Assembly: GCA_028713955.1 (NCBI GenBank)
Contig: JAQTNJ010000001.1
Span: 3,269 to 61,398, forward strand
Origin: Syntrophorhabdaceae bacterium
GTDB taxonomy: Bacteria; Desulfobacterota; Syntrophorhabdia; Syntrophorhabdales; Syntrophorhabdaceae
Direction: 5' to 3'
DNA: 58,130 nucleotides
Shown here piece by piece: positions 18,171-27,212 of the stretch; the first letter of the stretch is position 1, and every line of letters starts with the position of its first letter. A model generated the notes under the pieces. That model ran no database searches and was not told where the DNA came from. It saw only the letters and a list, made by a program, of their open reading frames with translations. A program made the position numbers and the translations under genes.

Positions 18171-18327
18171 TGAGTTTCGTGCCAGGCTTTCCCCGCAAAC
18201 ACGCTCATTCCGCTCCAGCGGCTCCATTCGCTCGCTGTTTCCGCTTCGGAACTTTTGCCTAACGGCAAAAGACCGAGCTTCCTTGCCTCACGACGGTTTG
18301 CTAAAGGAGGGCCTGGCACGAAACTCA
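18171..18327 (-). repeat. Family-A element, copy 3 (inverted): same core, with different 17-bp perfect arms (18171-18187 / 18311-18327)
   Basis: The arms are TGAGTTTCGTGCCAGGC and GCCTGGCACGAAACTCA. The reverse complement of the interior aligns to copies 1 and 2 (AGCAAACCGTCGTGAGGCAAGGAAGCTCGGTCTTTTGCC GTTA GGCAAAAGTTCCGAAGC...GAGCGTGTTTGC). Confidence 0.85.
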
Positions 18328-18401
18328 GCTATTTATCTGGAATAAACTTATTTGTCCGATGATAAACCTTTTTATTTAAATCCCCACATTGAAAAATAAG
18401 G

Positions 18402-19160
18402 CTATTCCTTTCTGTTTTTAATAAATATCCTGAGAAATTTTGAATCAAATGCATGCCTTTTTGTATTGTATGGCTCAACAGGCAGACCAAAATTACAGTT
18501 CTCCCCGTAAAAGAGCCTGTATTCAACGGTGGTGAAACCCAGATTACGGAATATCTTTTCGTAGTTGTAGTGGAAAAGCCTTGATCTTACGCTTGTTATG
18601 ATCCCTATATATTGTTTCGACACCCTTGCGATCTCGTTGAAAAGCGCCTTGTCTTCGTACGGGATATGCTCAAAGACACCGATGGAGAACACGACATCGT
18701 AACGTTTATCGGGTATCTTCTTGATCTCGTCAAGGGCATTGCCTGTGAAAAATGTCCCTTTTTCATAAAGGTCCGGGAAATGTTCCTTCAGAACAATGTT
18801 CACCGATGCATCGTTTATCTCTATCCCTGCAAGGTCCGCATAACCGTGCTTCAAGAGATAATTCAGGTTCCTGCCGGCGTTGCACCCGATCTCCAGGAAT
18901 GATGCATTTTCTCCCAGCGCCTTAAGGAGTCCCCCCTCGAACATAACGTAGGTGCTGTTGTCTTCCTGGAGGTAATTCTCCGGCCCGTGTCTTTCGCCCA
19001 TATCACGGGAACGCCAGTATTCACGCTCATTCCTTTTCCATGGAGGACTGGCCCCGGCCATAGAAGAAATTTTCGTAATAGCGGAATCTATTTTCTGTAG
19101 TCCATTATTACCACGAAGACCTGTTTTGTCGATAATTATTTTTATTATCTTTTTCATCAT
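18402..19160 (-). CDS. class I SAM-dependent methyltransferase
   Basis: FLEIGCNAGRNLNYL (motif I) and YDVVFSIGVFEHI. Confidence 0.75.
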   Translation of the reverse strand: MMKKIIKIIIDKTGLRGNNGLQKIDSAITKISSMAGASPPWKRNEREYWRSRDMGERHGPENYLQEDNSTYVMFEGGLLKALGENASFLEIGCNAGRNLNYLLKHGYADLAGIEINDASVNIVLKEHFPDLYEKGTFFTGNALDEIKKIPDKRYDVVFSIGVFEHIPYEDKALFNEIARVSKQYIGIITSVRSRLFHYNYEKIFRNLGFTTVEYRLFYGENCNFGLPVEPYNTKRHAFDSKFLRIFIKNRKE

Positions 19161-19180
19161 CTATGTATTCTACTGGTCAT

Positions 19181-21106
19181 TTATCCGGCTATAATCTTTT
19201 CCAGCTCCAAACGGATATTCTTCGCAACGTTCCCGTGATAGCAGTCACTGTAAAATTCCTTCTTGATCTTTTCAATGGTATCCTTGTCAAGGTAGACACC
19301 ATTAATGAAGTTCTGGACATGATACTTAAGTATCTCGTAACTATCTGCGATGATGGGTAGTTTGTTATAGTTAAAGAGTGTGTCCAGCCTGTCTGTTATT
19401 TCATATATTATAACCTTTCTCCCGGCAGCAAGCAGCTCATCACATAGCGACGTATGGCAGGCTATCGTAAGGTCTACCTTTTCGCCAATGAAATAGGGGT
19501 TGTATCTTGCGTAATCTAGCTCAATCTCCATATTTTCAGTCCCGTTGATTACCTCAACCAAGTCAATTATATAGCGGCTCTTGTATGAGTCAGCCTCTTT
19601 CCCCTTGATTACAATGTACAGGGACGGAAATTCATTGGCAAGTTTTATGAGGCACTTATAAAATTGGATTGTTTCATAGGCTTTTGCCGCGGGCCGTAAT
19701 GTATCGTCAATATCATTTGCCGGCAGATAGAAATCAAGGGCCATGACAAGCTTTTTCGTTTTTTTTATTGAATCATACTTTTCATCGTAAATATGTTTCT
19801 TTTCATATTTATATAAATTATCAACCCTTACAAGGCCAACGGGTAAAAAGTTGTTGACTTTAGATGTTTTCAGGCACGGTTCTCTGATAATGTCGCCGGC
19901 TACAAAGTAATAATCCATTATAAGGTAATTATCAGGGAAAAATGCCATGATGAACCTTTCTTCTGTTGCGCAAATCTTTATATCAAGCATTGTCAGAGCT
20001 GCTGCCAGGTATTTCGGGAAAAGAAATTCATATCCCACGAGCGCGACTTTAAGGTTTTTGAATTGAGAAAATATCATGCAGCACCGTCTGATCCTCTTGA
20101 AAATAAAGACAGAGAGCAGCAGGTACCATATACCGTACACAAACATTTCTTTCAGAAGAGTAAAATTCATATTTTTTAAAAACATTATCAAGCTTTTGTG
20201 AAGCACTTTTTTATCATATGCTATATCGTTCAGGTCGGTATAGGATATGCTATTTTCTTTGTAGTACTTATAGCTGCCCGACATGTAACTCGCGTCTTTT
20301 TCGCCCAATGAAACATGCAGTATTTTCGACTTATAAAAAGGCGAGTCGGGTCTGGCATTGTAAAAATGATCCTTCATGAACATCTCACCATAATATACGC
20401 CTTGATGCGGAAAATATACGACGCTGTATATATCGGGGTTGATGTCACATTTTTCATACACACCCAGGTTTGGATTAATGCTTTGTATCTCACCCATTTT
20501 CCTTGATGACGAAAACTTTCTTTGTAACATCCCTATCAGACTACTGTATGCCATATTGAATATTGTGTAAAATAAAAGGCCAGGGAAAATAGTGACGCTC
20601 AATTCGCTGGCAAGGTCCTTTCGCAAAAAAGATGCAAACGAATGGAATGCTATGATTCTCACTTTTTTAAACCTTTGATTCGCTAAAAGATACTCGGCGG
20701 CTGCATATTGCTCGGCGAAAGGCGTAATAACTCTGTTAAAATAATATTTCCATGCTACATCAATCTTTCCCTGGTGTTCCTGTCTGACATTAAGGAGTTT
20801 CTTTATAATAGAATAGCTCTTTGATTTGTTCGTTATCTGGAATATATTTTCGGCGAACTCAACCGCAAGCGACTGGGCTCTTGCGTAGCAAGAAAAATTA
20901 TTATACTCCCTTTTGACCCATCTGATACCATGCCTTTCATAGAGGTTTAATTTCTCTGTATTTCTGAAAGCCTTGCTCATATCAAGGAAATAAATTGTGT
21001 AACTTTTAAAAAATCTAAGACATAGCAAAATAGGCAGCCAGAGATAGGTTAACCTGTAAATTACCAGAGCTCTTTCCCTGGTATCATTCATTTGACAAGC
21101 TTCCAA
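19181..21106 (-). CDS. uncharacterised large protein, AT-rich gene, probably a GT-B-like transferase
   Basis: Hydrophobic helices at the N-terminus and mid-protein. The C-terminal block LYIVIKGKE...DLTIACHTSLCDELLAAGRKVIIYE resembles the C-terminus of the 606-aa and 385-aa proteins. Confidence 0.3.
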   Translation of the reverse strand: MEACQMNDTRERALVIYRLTYLWLPILLCLRFFKSYTIYFLDMSKAFRNTEKLNLYERHGIRWVKREYNNFSCYARAQSLAVEFAENIFQITNKSKSYSIIKKLLNVRQEHQGKIDVAWKYYFNRVITPFAEQYAAAEYLLANQRFKKVRIIAFHSFASFLRKDLASELSVTIFPGLLFYTIFNMAYSSLIGMLQRKFSSSRKMGEIQSINPNLGVYEKCDINPDIYSVVYFPHQGVYYGEMFMKDHFYNARPDSPFYKSKILHVSLGEKDASYMSGSYKYYKENSISYTDLNDIAYDKKVLHKSLIMFLKNMNFTLLKEMFVYGIWYLLLSVFIFKRIRRCCMIFSQFKNLKVALVGYEFLFPKYLAAALTMLDIKICATEERFIMAFFPDNYLIMDYYFVAGDIIREPCLKTSKVNNFLPVGLVRVDNLYKYEKKHIYDEKYDSIKKTKKLVMALDFYLPANDIDDTLRPAAKAYETIQFYKCLIKLANEFPSLYIVIKGKEADSYKSRYIIDLVEVINGTENMEIELDYARYNPYFIGEKVDLTIACHTSLCDELLAAGRKVIIYEITDRLDTLFNYNKLPIIADSYEILKYHVQNFINGVYLDKDTIEKIKKEFYSDCYHGNVAKNIRLELEKIIAG

Positions 21107-22140
21107 TCTAAGGGTGTCCCTTTCAATATGTTCTTTACTGCTTTTCTTCCGATCAGTTTTTGATAGTATTGAGGGTGCATACCATCGCCGGGTCTTATTG
21201 ACCTTATGTTTTTCTCGTTGAATGTTTCCCCGGCCGCGATATCTTCAACCACAAACAGGGATCTTGAAAAACATCTGCTCTTTTTCATGCCTTTCGTGAT
21301 CTGGTACTGATCATTTCCAAGGGCGTCCTCGGCTTCTCGGATTGTCTTTACCATAGACTTGAATTCCTCGGGCTCAAGGGAGAAGGAAGCGTCAGGTCCA
21401 CCAAGCTTTCTATCCAGTATGAAATGTTTTTCAACAATTCTTGCTCCTAATGCTACAGCAGCTACGGGAACCGTAATACCCACAGTATGATCAGACAAAC
21501 CGACTATTGTTTTGAATTGTTTTACAAGCTGGGGGATATTTCTTAAATTTATATCCTTGGGATTTGCCGGGTACTCTGAGGTACACTTTAATAAAGCGAT
21601 TTGCTGATTACCTTTTTTATGACATGCATTTACTGCTGAACGAATATCACCAAGGGTGGCTATTCCGGTCGATAGTATAACCGGTTTGTTCTTCGAGGCG
21701 ATATATTCAATGAGAGGCAAATCAGTAATTTCAAAAGACGCTACCTTATATGCCGGCACTTTTATGTCTTCAAGAAAATCTACCGCTGTTTTATCAAAAG
21801 GAGTGGAAAAACAGATGAGATTCAAATCTTCGGCAATCTCTTTCAATTTTGGCTGCCATTCCCATGGCGTGTAGGCGCTTTTGTATAATTGATAAAGTGT
21901 TCTTCCATCCCACATTGTACCATGCTTTATCTGGAAATAGCGTTTATCTGAATCGATGGTTATCGTATCTGGCGTATAAGTTTGCAGTTTTACGGCATCT
22001 GCACCGGCTGCCTTCATCGCCTTGATCGTTTTGACGGCTGTGCTTAATCGCTGGTTATGGTTCGCGGATAATTCAGCAACAATAAATACAGGGTAATTTT
22101 CTCCAATTAATCTCTTTTTAATCTTTATATAACCCATCAT
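21088..22140 (-). CDS. pseI: pseudaminic acid synthase
   Basis: PVFIVAELSANHNQ...AGADAVKLQTY plus a C-terminal SAF-like tail. The track ORF starts at 22185. The ATG at 22140 forms an ATGA overlap with the pseH stop, so it is the likelier start. Confidence 0.85.
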   Translation of the reverse strand: MMGYIKIKKRLIGENYPVFIVAELSANHNQRLSTAVKTIKAMKAAGADAVKLQTYTPDTITIDSDKRYFQIKHGTMWDGRTLYQLYKSAYTPWEWQPKLKEIAEDLNLICFSTPFDKTAVDFLEDIKVPAYKVASFEITDLPLIEYIASKNKPVILSTGIATLGDIRSAVNACHKKGNQQIALLKCTSEYPANPKDINLRNIPQLVKQFKTIVGLSDHTVGITVPVAAVALGARIVEKHFILDRKLGGPDASFSLEPEEFKSMVKTIREAEDALGNDQYQITKGMKKSRCFSRSLFVVEDIAAGETFNEKNIRSIRPGDGMHPQYYQKLIGRKAVKNILKGTPLDWKLVK

Positions 22141-22679
22141 TCCCCTTCTTTGTTGATGAGACCCATTATGACTACATCGTGCCATTGTCCGCCTTTCATA
22201 ACAAATTGATGCAGCACACCCTCTCTTGTAAAACCTGATCGTCTGTAAAAAGAGAGCGCTGTTCTATTGTTCTTCAGAACTTCCAGTTTAAGCGTGTGGA
22301 GTCTGAGGATATTAAATGACAGATTTTTGAGACAATCGATCAGCAGTGTGCCTGGTTTGGGAATACCGCTATCGGGATTAGTATAGATTCCAAGATAAGC
22401 ATTACCATTTTTTTGATCGACCTTTTTCAGATTGATGACACCGACATATATATCTTTTTTTTTCACAACCCAGCAAAACATATCGCTGCGTGTTGCCAGG
22501 TATTTAATATAGGCGGCGTGCTCTTTCTTAGATATCCTGTGGTCCTGGTACATCCATTTGGATATAGCCGCGCTGTTTCTCCACCGCCGCACCATCTCTT
22601 TCTCTTCTCCATTGAGGTTAAGGAAGCTGATAAGCCGCACATCTCCGATATTGAAGTTTTTACTGAGATCCTTTATCAT
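22137..22679 (-). CDS. pseH: GNAT N-acetyltransferase of the pseudaminic acid pathway
   Basis: 180-aa GNAT with LISFLNL..EEKEMVRRWRN..ISKWMY...H..YI. It sits between pseG and pseI. Confidence 0.7.
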   Translation of the reverse strand: MIKDLSKNFNIGDVRLISFLNLNGEEKEMVRRWRNSAAISKWMYQDHRISKKEHAAYIKYLATRSDMFCWVVKKKDIYVGVINLKKVDQKNGNAYLGIYTNPDSGIPKPGTLLIDCLKNLSFNILRLHTLKLEVLKNNRTALSFYRRSGFTREGVLHQFVMKGGQWHDVVIMGLINKEGE

Positions 22680-23749
22680 TCTTTTTCTTCGCCCATCTTC
22701 TGTATTGCATCAGCAACCCTGTATGCCCCTTTTCCATCTACTATATTTTTCCCTTTTGATATCATCTTCATCCTCTTTGCTGGATTATTCATAAGCCCTC
22801 TAATGGCTACCGCAATGTCTTCCGAGGTGATCTCTTCATACCATCCAAGGTTTATAGCGATGCCCTCCCGGTGAAGGTTTTCAGATATTTCTCTCTGGTT
22901 ATCGGCGAAGCTCATAATGATCGATGGGACACCGATAAAACATCTCTCCCACGATGCAGAACCCCCTGAGCCGATTGCCATGTCTGCCTTAAATAACAAT
23001 TCTTCTATATTGTCTACCTGGCAATAGTAACGGGCATTGGGCATCAAAGCGCATACTTTTTTGATAGTATCCTTGTTTGGGTTTGTCACACCGACGACAA
23101 CATCAATTAAAATGTCATCCCTGTTTAATAGCTCAATGGCTTTCAGGGCTTTCATAGTTTCATTTGTCGGGTCTGTACCACCAACAAAAACCAATATCCT
23201 TTTTACGTCTTTATTAAATTGTTTCTGCTTCTTTCTTAATGGCAGAAATTGTTCACGCAGTAAAATATACTTTGCGCCGAGCAGCATCCTGCATCCCTCT
23301 GGTACCATCCCTTTGTATCTCTTTTCCATATTTCTATATAAATTCTGATTTAACAAAAGGTCACAGTGGTGACGCCTGCTGGTAAAATCATCAATGACCA
23401 TTACCCTCCGAACACAGCCTTTTATGTGTGATTCCCACGACGCATCAATCCCGTAATGGTCAGAAACCAACAAATCCGGTCTCCGGTTTTCCTTTTTCAA
23501 TATTTCTTCCGTCAGGAGCATATCGGTTTTATTCATTATTCGGGGAGGCAATCCATGAACGATATAGCCTCTTTTTTCAATGATATGGTTTATATTGCCT
23601 TTATATTTCCGGCAGATAAAGTGAATATTTAAACCCCTTTTCCTTAAAACATCGGCGAGGGTGAGACATCGCATTATATGCCCGGTACCGATATCAACCG
23701 AGGAATCTGCTCGAAAATAAATATCCTTAACTTTATCCAAGCGTTTCAA
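22676..23749 (-). CDS. pseG: UDP-2,4-diacetamido-2,4,6-trideoxy-beta-L-altropyranose hydrolase
   Basis: IYFRADSSVDIGTGHIMRCLTLADVL N-terminus and GT-B (MurG-like) layout. Confidence 0.8.
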   Translation of the reverse strand: MKRLDKVKDIYFRADSSVDIGTGHIMRCLTLADVLRKRGLNIHFICRKYKGNINHIIEKRGYIVHGLPPRIMNKTDMLLTEEILKKENRRPDLLVSDHYGIDASWESHIKGCVRRVMVIDDFTSRRHHCDLLLNQNLYRNMEKRYKGMVPEGCRMLLGAKYILLREQFLPLRKKQKQFNKDVKRILVFVGGTDPTNETMKALKAIELLNRDDILIDVVVGVTNPNKDTIKKVCALMPNARYYCQVDNIEELLFKADMAIGSGGSASWERCFIGVPSIIMSFADNQREISENLHREGIAINLGWYEEITSEDIAVAIRGLMNNPAKRMKMISKGKNIVDGKGAYRVADAIQKMGEEKE

Positions 23750-23754
23750 TTATT

Positions 23755-24624
23755 TTATTTATCTTCTAATTCCGGGAAGAGAGATCTTAATTTTTCTAAA
23801 AAATCAATGCTGCCGACAACCTTTTTCTGATGGTCAAGTATCATGTATCTATCGCCTGCCTTCACGATGGAGAAAAGCGGCCTTTCCGTCAGGTTTGCGA
23901 CCTGTATATTGACCCCTTTTACACCGACATGCCGATTGATCTTTGCTATCTCGGGGTTATCGTCAAGCCAGTCATAGACGTCTTTTAATAAAATGGGTTT
24001 CCCTTTATAGAGAGCGTTATATATATGGCGTATAAGTTCGAGGTCCGCTTGTTCATCGACGGTAAGACGATATTCCGGCCTGTAAAGATCATTGTTCACC
24101 TCTATCCCGGATGTCTTGAACTCTCCCATATTTTCCCTTATATACTGGCTTACTGCAGGCCCTTTATAGTGATTGTGCACCTCTTTCATGGCGTTAAAAG
24201 AGATCAACTCAGATAATGTTCCGTAGATCACGGGAACATTGGCAACATAAATAAAATCATGGTATTCATCCCTAAATATTTCTGCAAACCTCGACGCACT
24301 CTCCATGTCGAACAAGGGACAATCGCATGTTACCCTTATTACGGCATCCGACTTTTCTCTTTCACATAGCGCTATATGACGCTCGACGACATCCTGTTCG
24401 GCGCCGGCGTACCAACCGCAGCCGAGTTTTTCCGCTTCCCTGATCAATCCTTCGTTCAGAGAATCGATGGATGTGGCAAGAAAAACTCCGTCAATTCCCC
24501 GCACCTCCTTCATCCGTTCGACGTGATGCGCAAAATTTGTCTTGCCGGCTATCTCTTTAAGAACCTTACCGGGAAGACGTGTGGACGCCATCCTCGCGGT
24601 TATGACCCCAATGACTTTCCTCAT
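23755..24624 (-). CDS. SpsF-like cytidylyltransferase (probable CMP-pseudaminate synthetase role)
   Basis: VIGVITARMASTRLPGKVL N-terminus (CTP_transf_3 type); 289 aa; inside the pse cassette. Confidence 0.6.
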   Translation of the reverse strand: MRKVIGVITARMASTRLPGKVLKEIAGKTNFAHHVERMKEVRGIDGVFLATSIDSLNEGLIREAEKLGCGWYAGAEQDVVERHIALCEREKSDAVIRVTCDCPLFDMESASRFAEIFRDEYHDFIYVANVPVIYGTLSELISFNAMKEVHNHYKGPAVSQYIRENMGEFKTSGIEVNNDLYRPEYRLTVDEQADLELIRHIYNALYKGKPILLKDVYDWLDDNPEIAKINRHVGVKGVNIQVANLTERPLFSIVKAGDRYMILDHQKKVVGSIDFLEKLRSLFPELEDK

Positions 24625-26144
24625 TGCCCCTTATGCGTCTCCATCTTCGACAGCGGGTATGAGCCGCTTTTTTCCATGTTTTGTCTGCGCTTATAAAAAT
24701 TCAATAAAAATCTTTTATAGAGATCTTTATCAAAAGAAAATCTGTAAAACATAAACCTATTCCTTGCCTTCGCCAGTAATGTAAAAACGTTGTTTTTTAG
24801 TCTATCAATTGCCCGGTCAATCTGGTGGTTTCCAAGCCGTACCGATGATTCCATGTTTAAAAAAAAGGCAGCACTTTCGGAGTATTTTCCGTTTACCTGC
24901 CAGGGCCGTATATACTCTGCAGAAGTATACATGTCGATAGTTTCTTTATTCGTCCATTCAAGGAAGTCTTTAGGCTCCCGGAGATATCCTTCTTCCAGGA
25001 GTTTTTTTGTCAATTCGCATTTTGGATAAGGTCTGAAAGTCCCGGCGCCGCATGTAAAATATGGATATCTCCTTAGCCTGTTAATAAAGACAATCGTCTT
25101 TTTTATATCGTCTATATTTTCACCTGGTATCTCAATAATAAAAGATGAGCGGGCAATAATTTTGTACTCGTTACACTTTTGAACGGCATGTTCCGCCTGT
25201 TCGGGCGTTATGCCTTTTTTCATAATCCTTAGTGTATGAAGTGATCCGGACTCAATGCCAAGGGTAAGTTGGACAAGCCCGGAACGCTTGCACAGTAAGA
25301 GCGTCTCGTTGTTCAGCATCCTGTCATTGAAATAGTCACAACGGCATTCACCATCCCACGTGATATTAAGCTTTCTCGCGATAATTCCCTCGCATATCTC
25401 CCTTACCCTTTTTATATCCACGAAAAAATTATCATCAATTATTTTTAGGTGTGTTAAGTTATATTTTCTGATAAGGAAATCTATTTCCGAAATAACCTTT
25501 TCAGCGCTCTTTTTCCTGTAACGCGTGTTACCCGTCACGGTATTAATACAAAACGTGCATTGCGAGGGACATCCTCTACTGCTTTCATACGGCAGCCAGC
25601 GCATAGGCTGCCGGACATACTCAGACAGCTTATCGGTCAGATAGCTCGATATGAACCTCTCGATGTTGTCATCTATGTCATAATCGGGCAATGGGAGTGA
25701 TTCGAGATCAAGGATTTCCTTTTGGAAAACTTTCTTACCCCCCGGATTCCTTTCTTGGACCATCCCGGCAATATTGACAATGTGCTTTTCACCCTCACCC
25801 GCCACTACATAATCAACATATTCTGACTCTGCCATCTGTTCAGGGAATAAGGTGCAATGCCAGCCACCAACTACAACGGGTATATTTGATTTTTCCTTTA
25901 TAAATTTAACTAAATTATAAGCATCAGATACCTCTGATGTAACTATTGAAATACCGGCAAACAAAGAACTCTTCAATTCGATGCCAATAGTTTTTAAAGG
26001 TTCCGGTTCGAAAGCACAATTTACTATTCTGACTTTATAGCCGGCCTTTTCAAGCTGTGTACCCAATGAAATAAGATTAAGGGGCGGATAATTATTATAG
26101 CCGTAAATATTCTGGGGTCTGATTAATAAAACCTTATCTGTCAT
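24621..26144 (-). CDS. B12-binding-domain radical SAM enzyme
   Basis: N-terminal Rossmann-like B12 domain (VLLIRPQNIY...VVVGGWH). SRGCPSQCTFC = CxxxCxxC. Confidence 0.8.
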   Translation of the reverse strand: MTDKVLLIRPQNIYGYNNYPPLNLISLGTQLEKAGYKVRIVNCAFEPEPLKTIGIELKSSLFAGISIVTSEVSDAYNLVKFIKEKSNIPVVVGGWHCTLFPEQMAESEYVDYVVAGEGEKHIVNIAGMVQERNPGGKKVFQKEILDLESLPLPDYDIDDNIERFISSYLTDKLSEYVRQPMRWLPYESSRGCPSQCTFCINTVTGNTRYRKKSAEKVISEIDFLIRKYNLTHLKIIDDNFFVDIKRVREICEGIIARKLNITWDGECRCDYFNDRMLNNETLLLCKRSGLVQLTLGIESGSLHTLRIMKKGITPEQAEHAVQKCNEYKIIARSSFIIEIPGENIDDIKKTIVFINRLRRYPYFTCGAGTFRPYPKCELTKKLLEEGYLREPKDFLEWTNKETIDMYTSAEYIRPWQVNGKYSESAAFFLNMESSVRLGNHQIDRAIDRLKNNVFTLLAKARNRFMFYRFSFDKDLYKRFLLNFYKRRQNMEKSGSYPLSKMETHKGQ

Positions 26145-26211
26145 TTATTATCTTTATACAAAACTTGACAACTTCATCATTTATTATAGTCTATAGGGGC
26201 ATTGTATTATG

Positions 26212-27201
26212 TTAAGAATCTTTCACTAATCCCCTCAATTCTTCTACCGTTAACCACCTATCGTTCGTGTTGCTGGCATAAACAAAACCTTCTTTGACGG
26301 GTTTCCCTCCGTTCGATATGTGGGTCTTTGCCGTCCACCAGTGGAATTCCGGCTCAACGATAAAATAATCGTCAAATTCAAGCGCGTGTCTTGCATCATC
26401 CTCAGTCACAAGTACCTCATGAATCTTTTCGCCTGGTCGTATACCAATGATCTCATATTTGCAATCAGGGGCAATAGCTTTTACAAGATCTGTGATATTC
26501 ATACTTGGTATCTTCGGGACAAACAATTCTCCTCCTTCTGTGATCTCGAGGCATCTTATTACAAACCTGACACCTTGTTCCAGGCTTATCCAGAAACGCG
26601 TCATCCTTGTGTCAGTTATGGGTATTATTCCAGCCTCTCTCATCTTCATAAAATATGGCACTACGCTTCCCCGGCTTCCGATGACGTTTCCATATCGCAC
26701 AACGGCAAACCGCGTCTTTCTCCAACCTGAATAAGAGTTGCCTGAAATAAAAAGTTTATCGGAACAAAGTTTTGTTGCGCCGTAAAGATTGACTGGATTC
26801 GACGCTTTATCTGTACTAAGGGCTATTACCTTTTCTATGCCGCAATCTATGGCCGCGTTTATGATATTCTCAGCGCCTATAATGTTCGTTTGAACGGCTT
26901 CGAAAGGATTTCTTTCCGCAGCCGGTACCTGTTTTAGGGCAGCAGCATGGATAACATAATTTACTCCATAAAAAGCCCTGTACAACCTGTCCTTGTCCCT
27001 CACGTCACCGATAAAATATCTGAGACAACGGTAGTCTTTTTCAGAAAACATCTGCGCCATTTCGAATTGCTTCAGTTCGTCACGGCTGAAAACGATTAAT
27101 TTTTCAGGATGGTGTTCTTTCAGAATGGTCTCAATAAATTTTTTCCCGAAAGACCCTGTCCCGCCGGTCACCAGTATTGTTTTTCCATCAAATATTGACA
27201 T
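26212..27201 (-). CDS. pseB: UDP-N-acetylglucosamine 4,6-dehydratase (inverting)
   Basis: KTILVTGGTGSFGKKF, FSRDELKQ, YGATKLCSDKLF. Confidence 0.9.
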   Translation of the reverse strand: MSIFDGKTILVTGGTGSFGKKFIETILKEHHPEKLIVFSRDELKQFEMAQMFSEKDYRCLRYFIGDVRDKDRLYRAFYGVNYVIHAAALKQVPAAERNPFEAVQTNIIGAENIINAAIDCGIEKVIALSTDKASNPVNLYGATKLCSDKLFISGNSYSGWRKTRFAVVRYGNVIGSRGSVVPYFMKMREAGIIPITDTRMTRFWISLEQGVRFVIRCLEITEGGELFVPKIPSMNITDLVKAIAPDCKYEIIGIRPGEKIHEVLVTEDDARHALEFDDYFIVEPEFHWWTAKTHISNGGKPVKEGFVYASNTNDRWLTVEELRGLVKDS

Positions 27202-27212
27202 GTGTTCCCCTT

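Noticed and set aside
18311-18327. CTGGCACGAAACTCAGC in the arms of family-A copy 3 as a sigma54 (-24/-12) promoter in front of the ABC exporter.
   Set aside because: The -12 TTGC element is missing, and the GG to GC spacing is off by one. The minus-strand version ends about 14 nt from the ATG, and the motif is not shared by the other copies.
21088-22185. N-terminal extensions of several track ORFs, including pseI to 22185, SDR to 35816, neuD to 46533, MarR to 48896, wecB to 51766 and DegT to 47603.
   Set aside because: The track takes the longest ATG/GTG/TTG ORF. The extensions overlap the upstream gene, add non-conserved residues ahead of the family N-terminal motif, and are replaced by ATG (or TTG) starts that abut or overlap the upstream stop.
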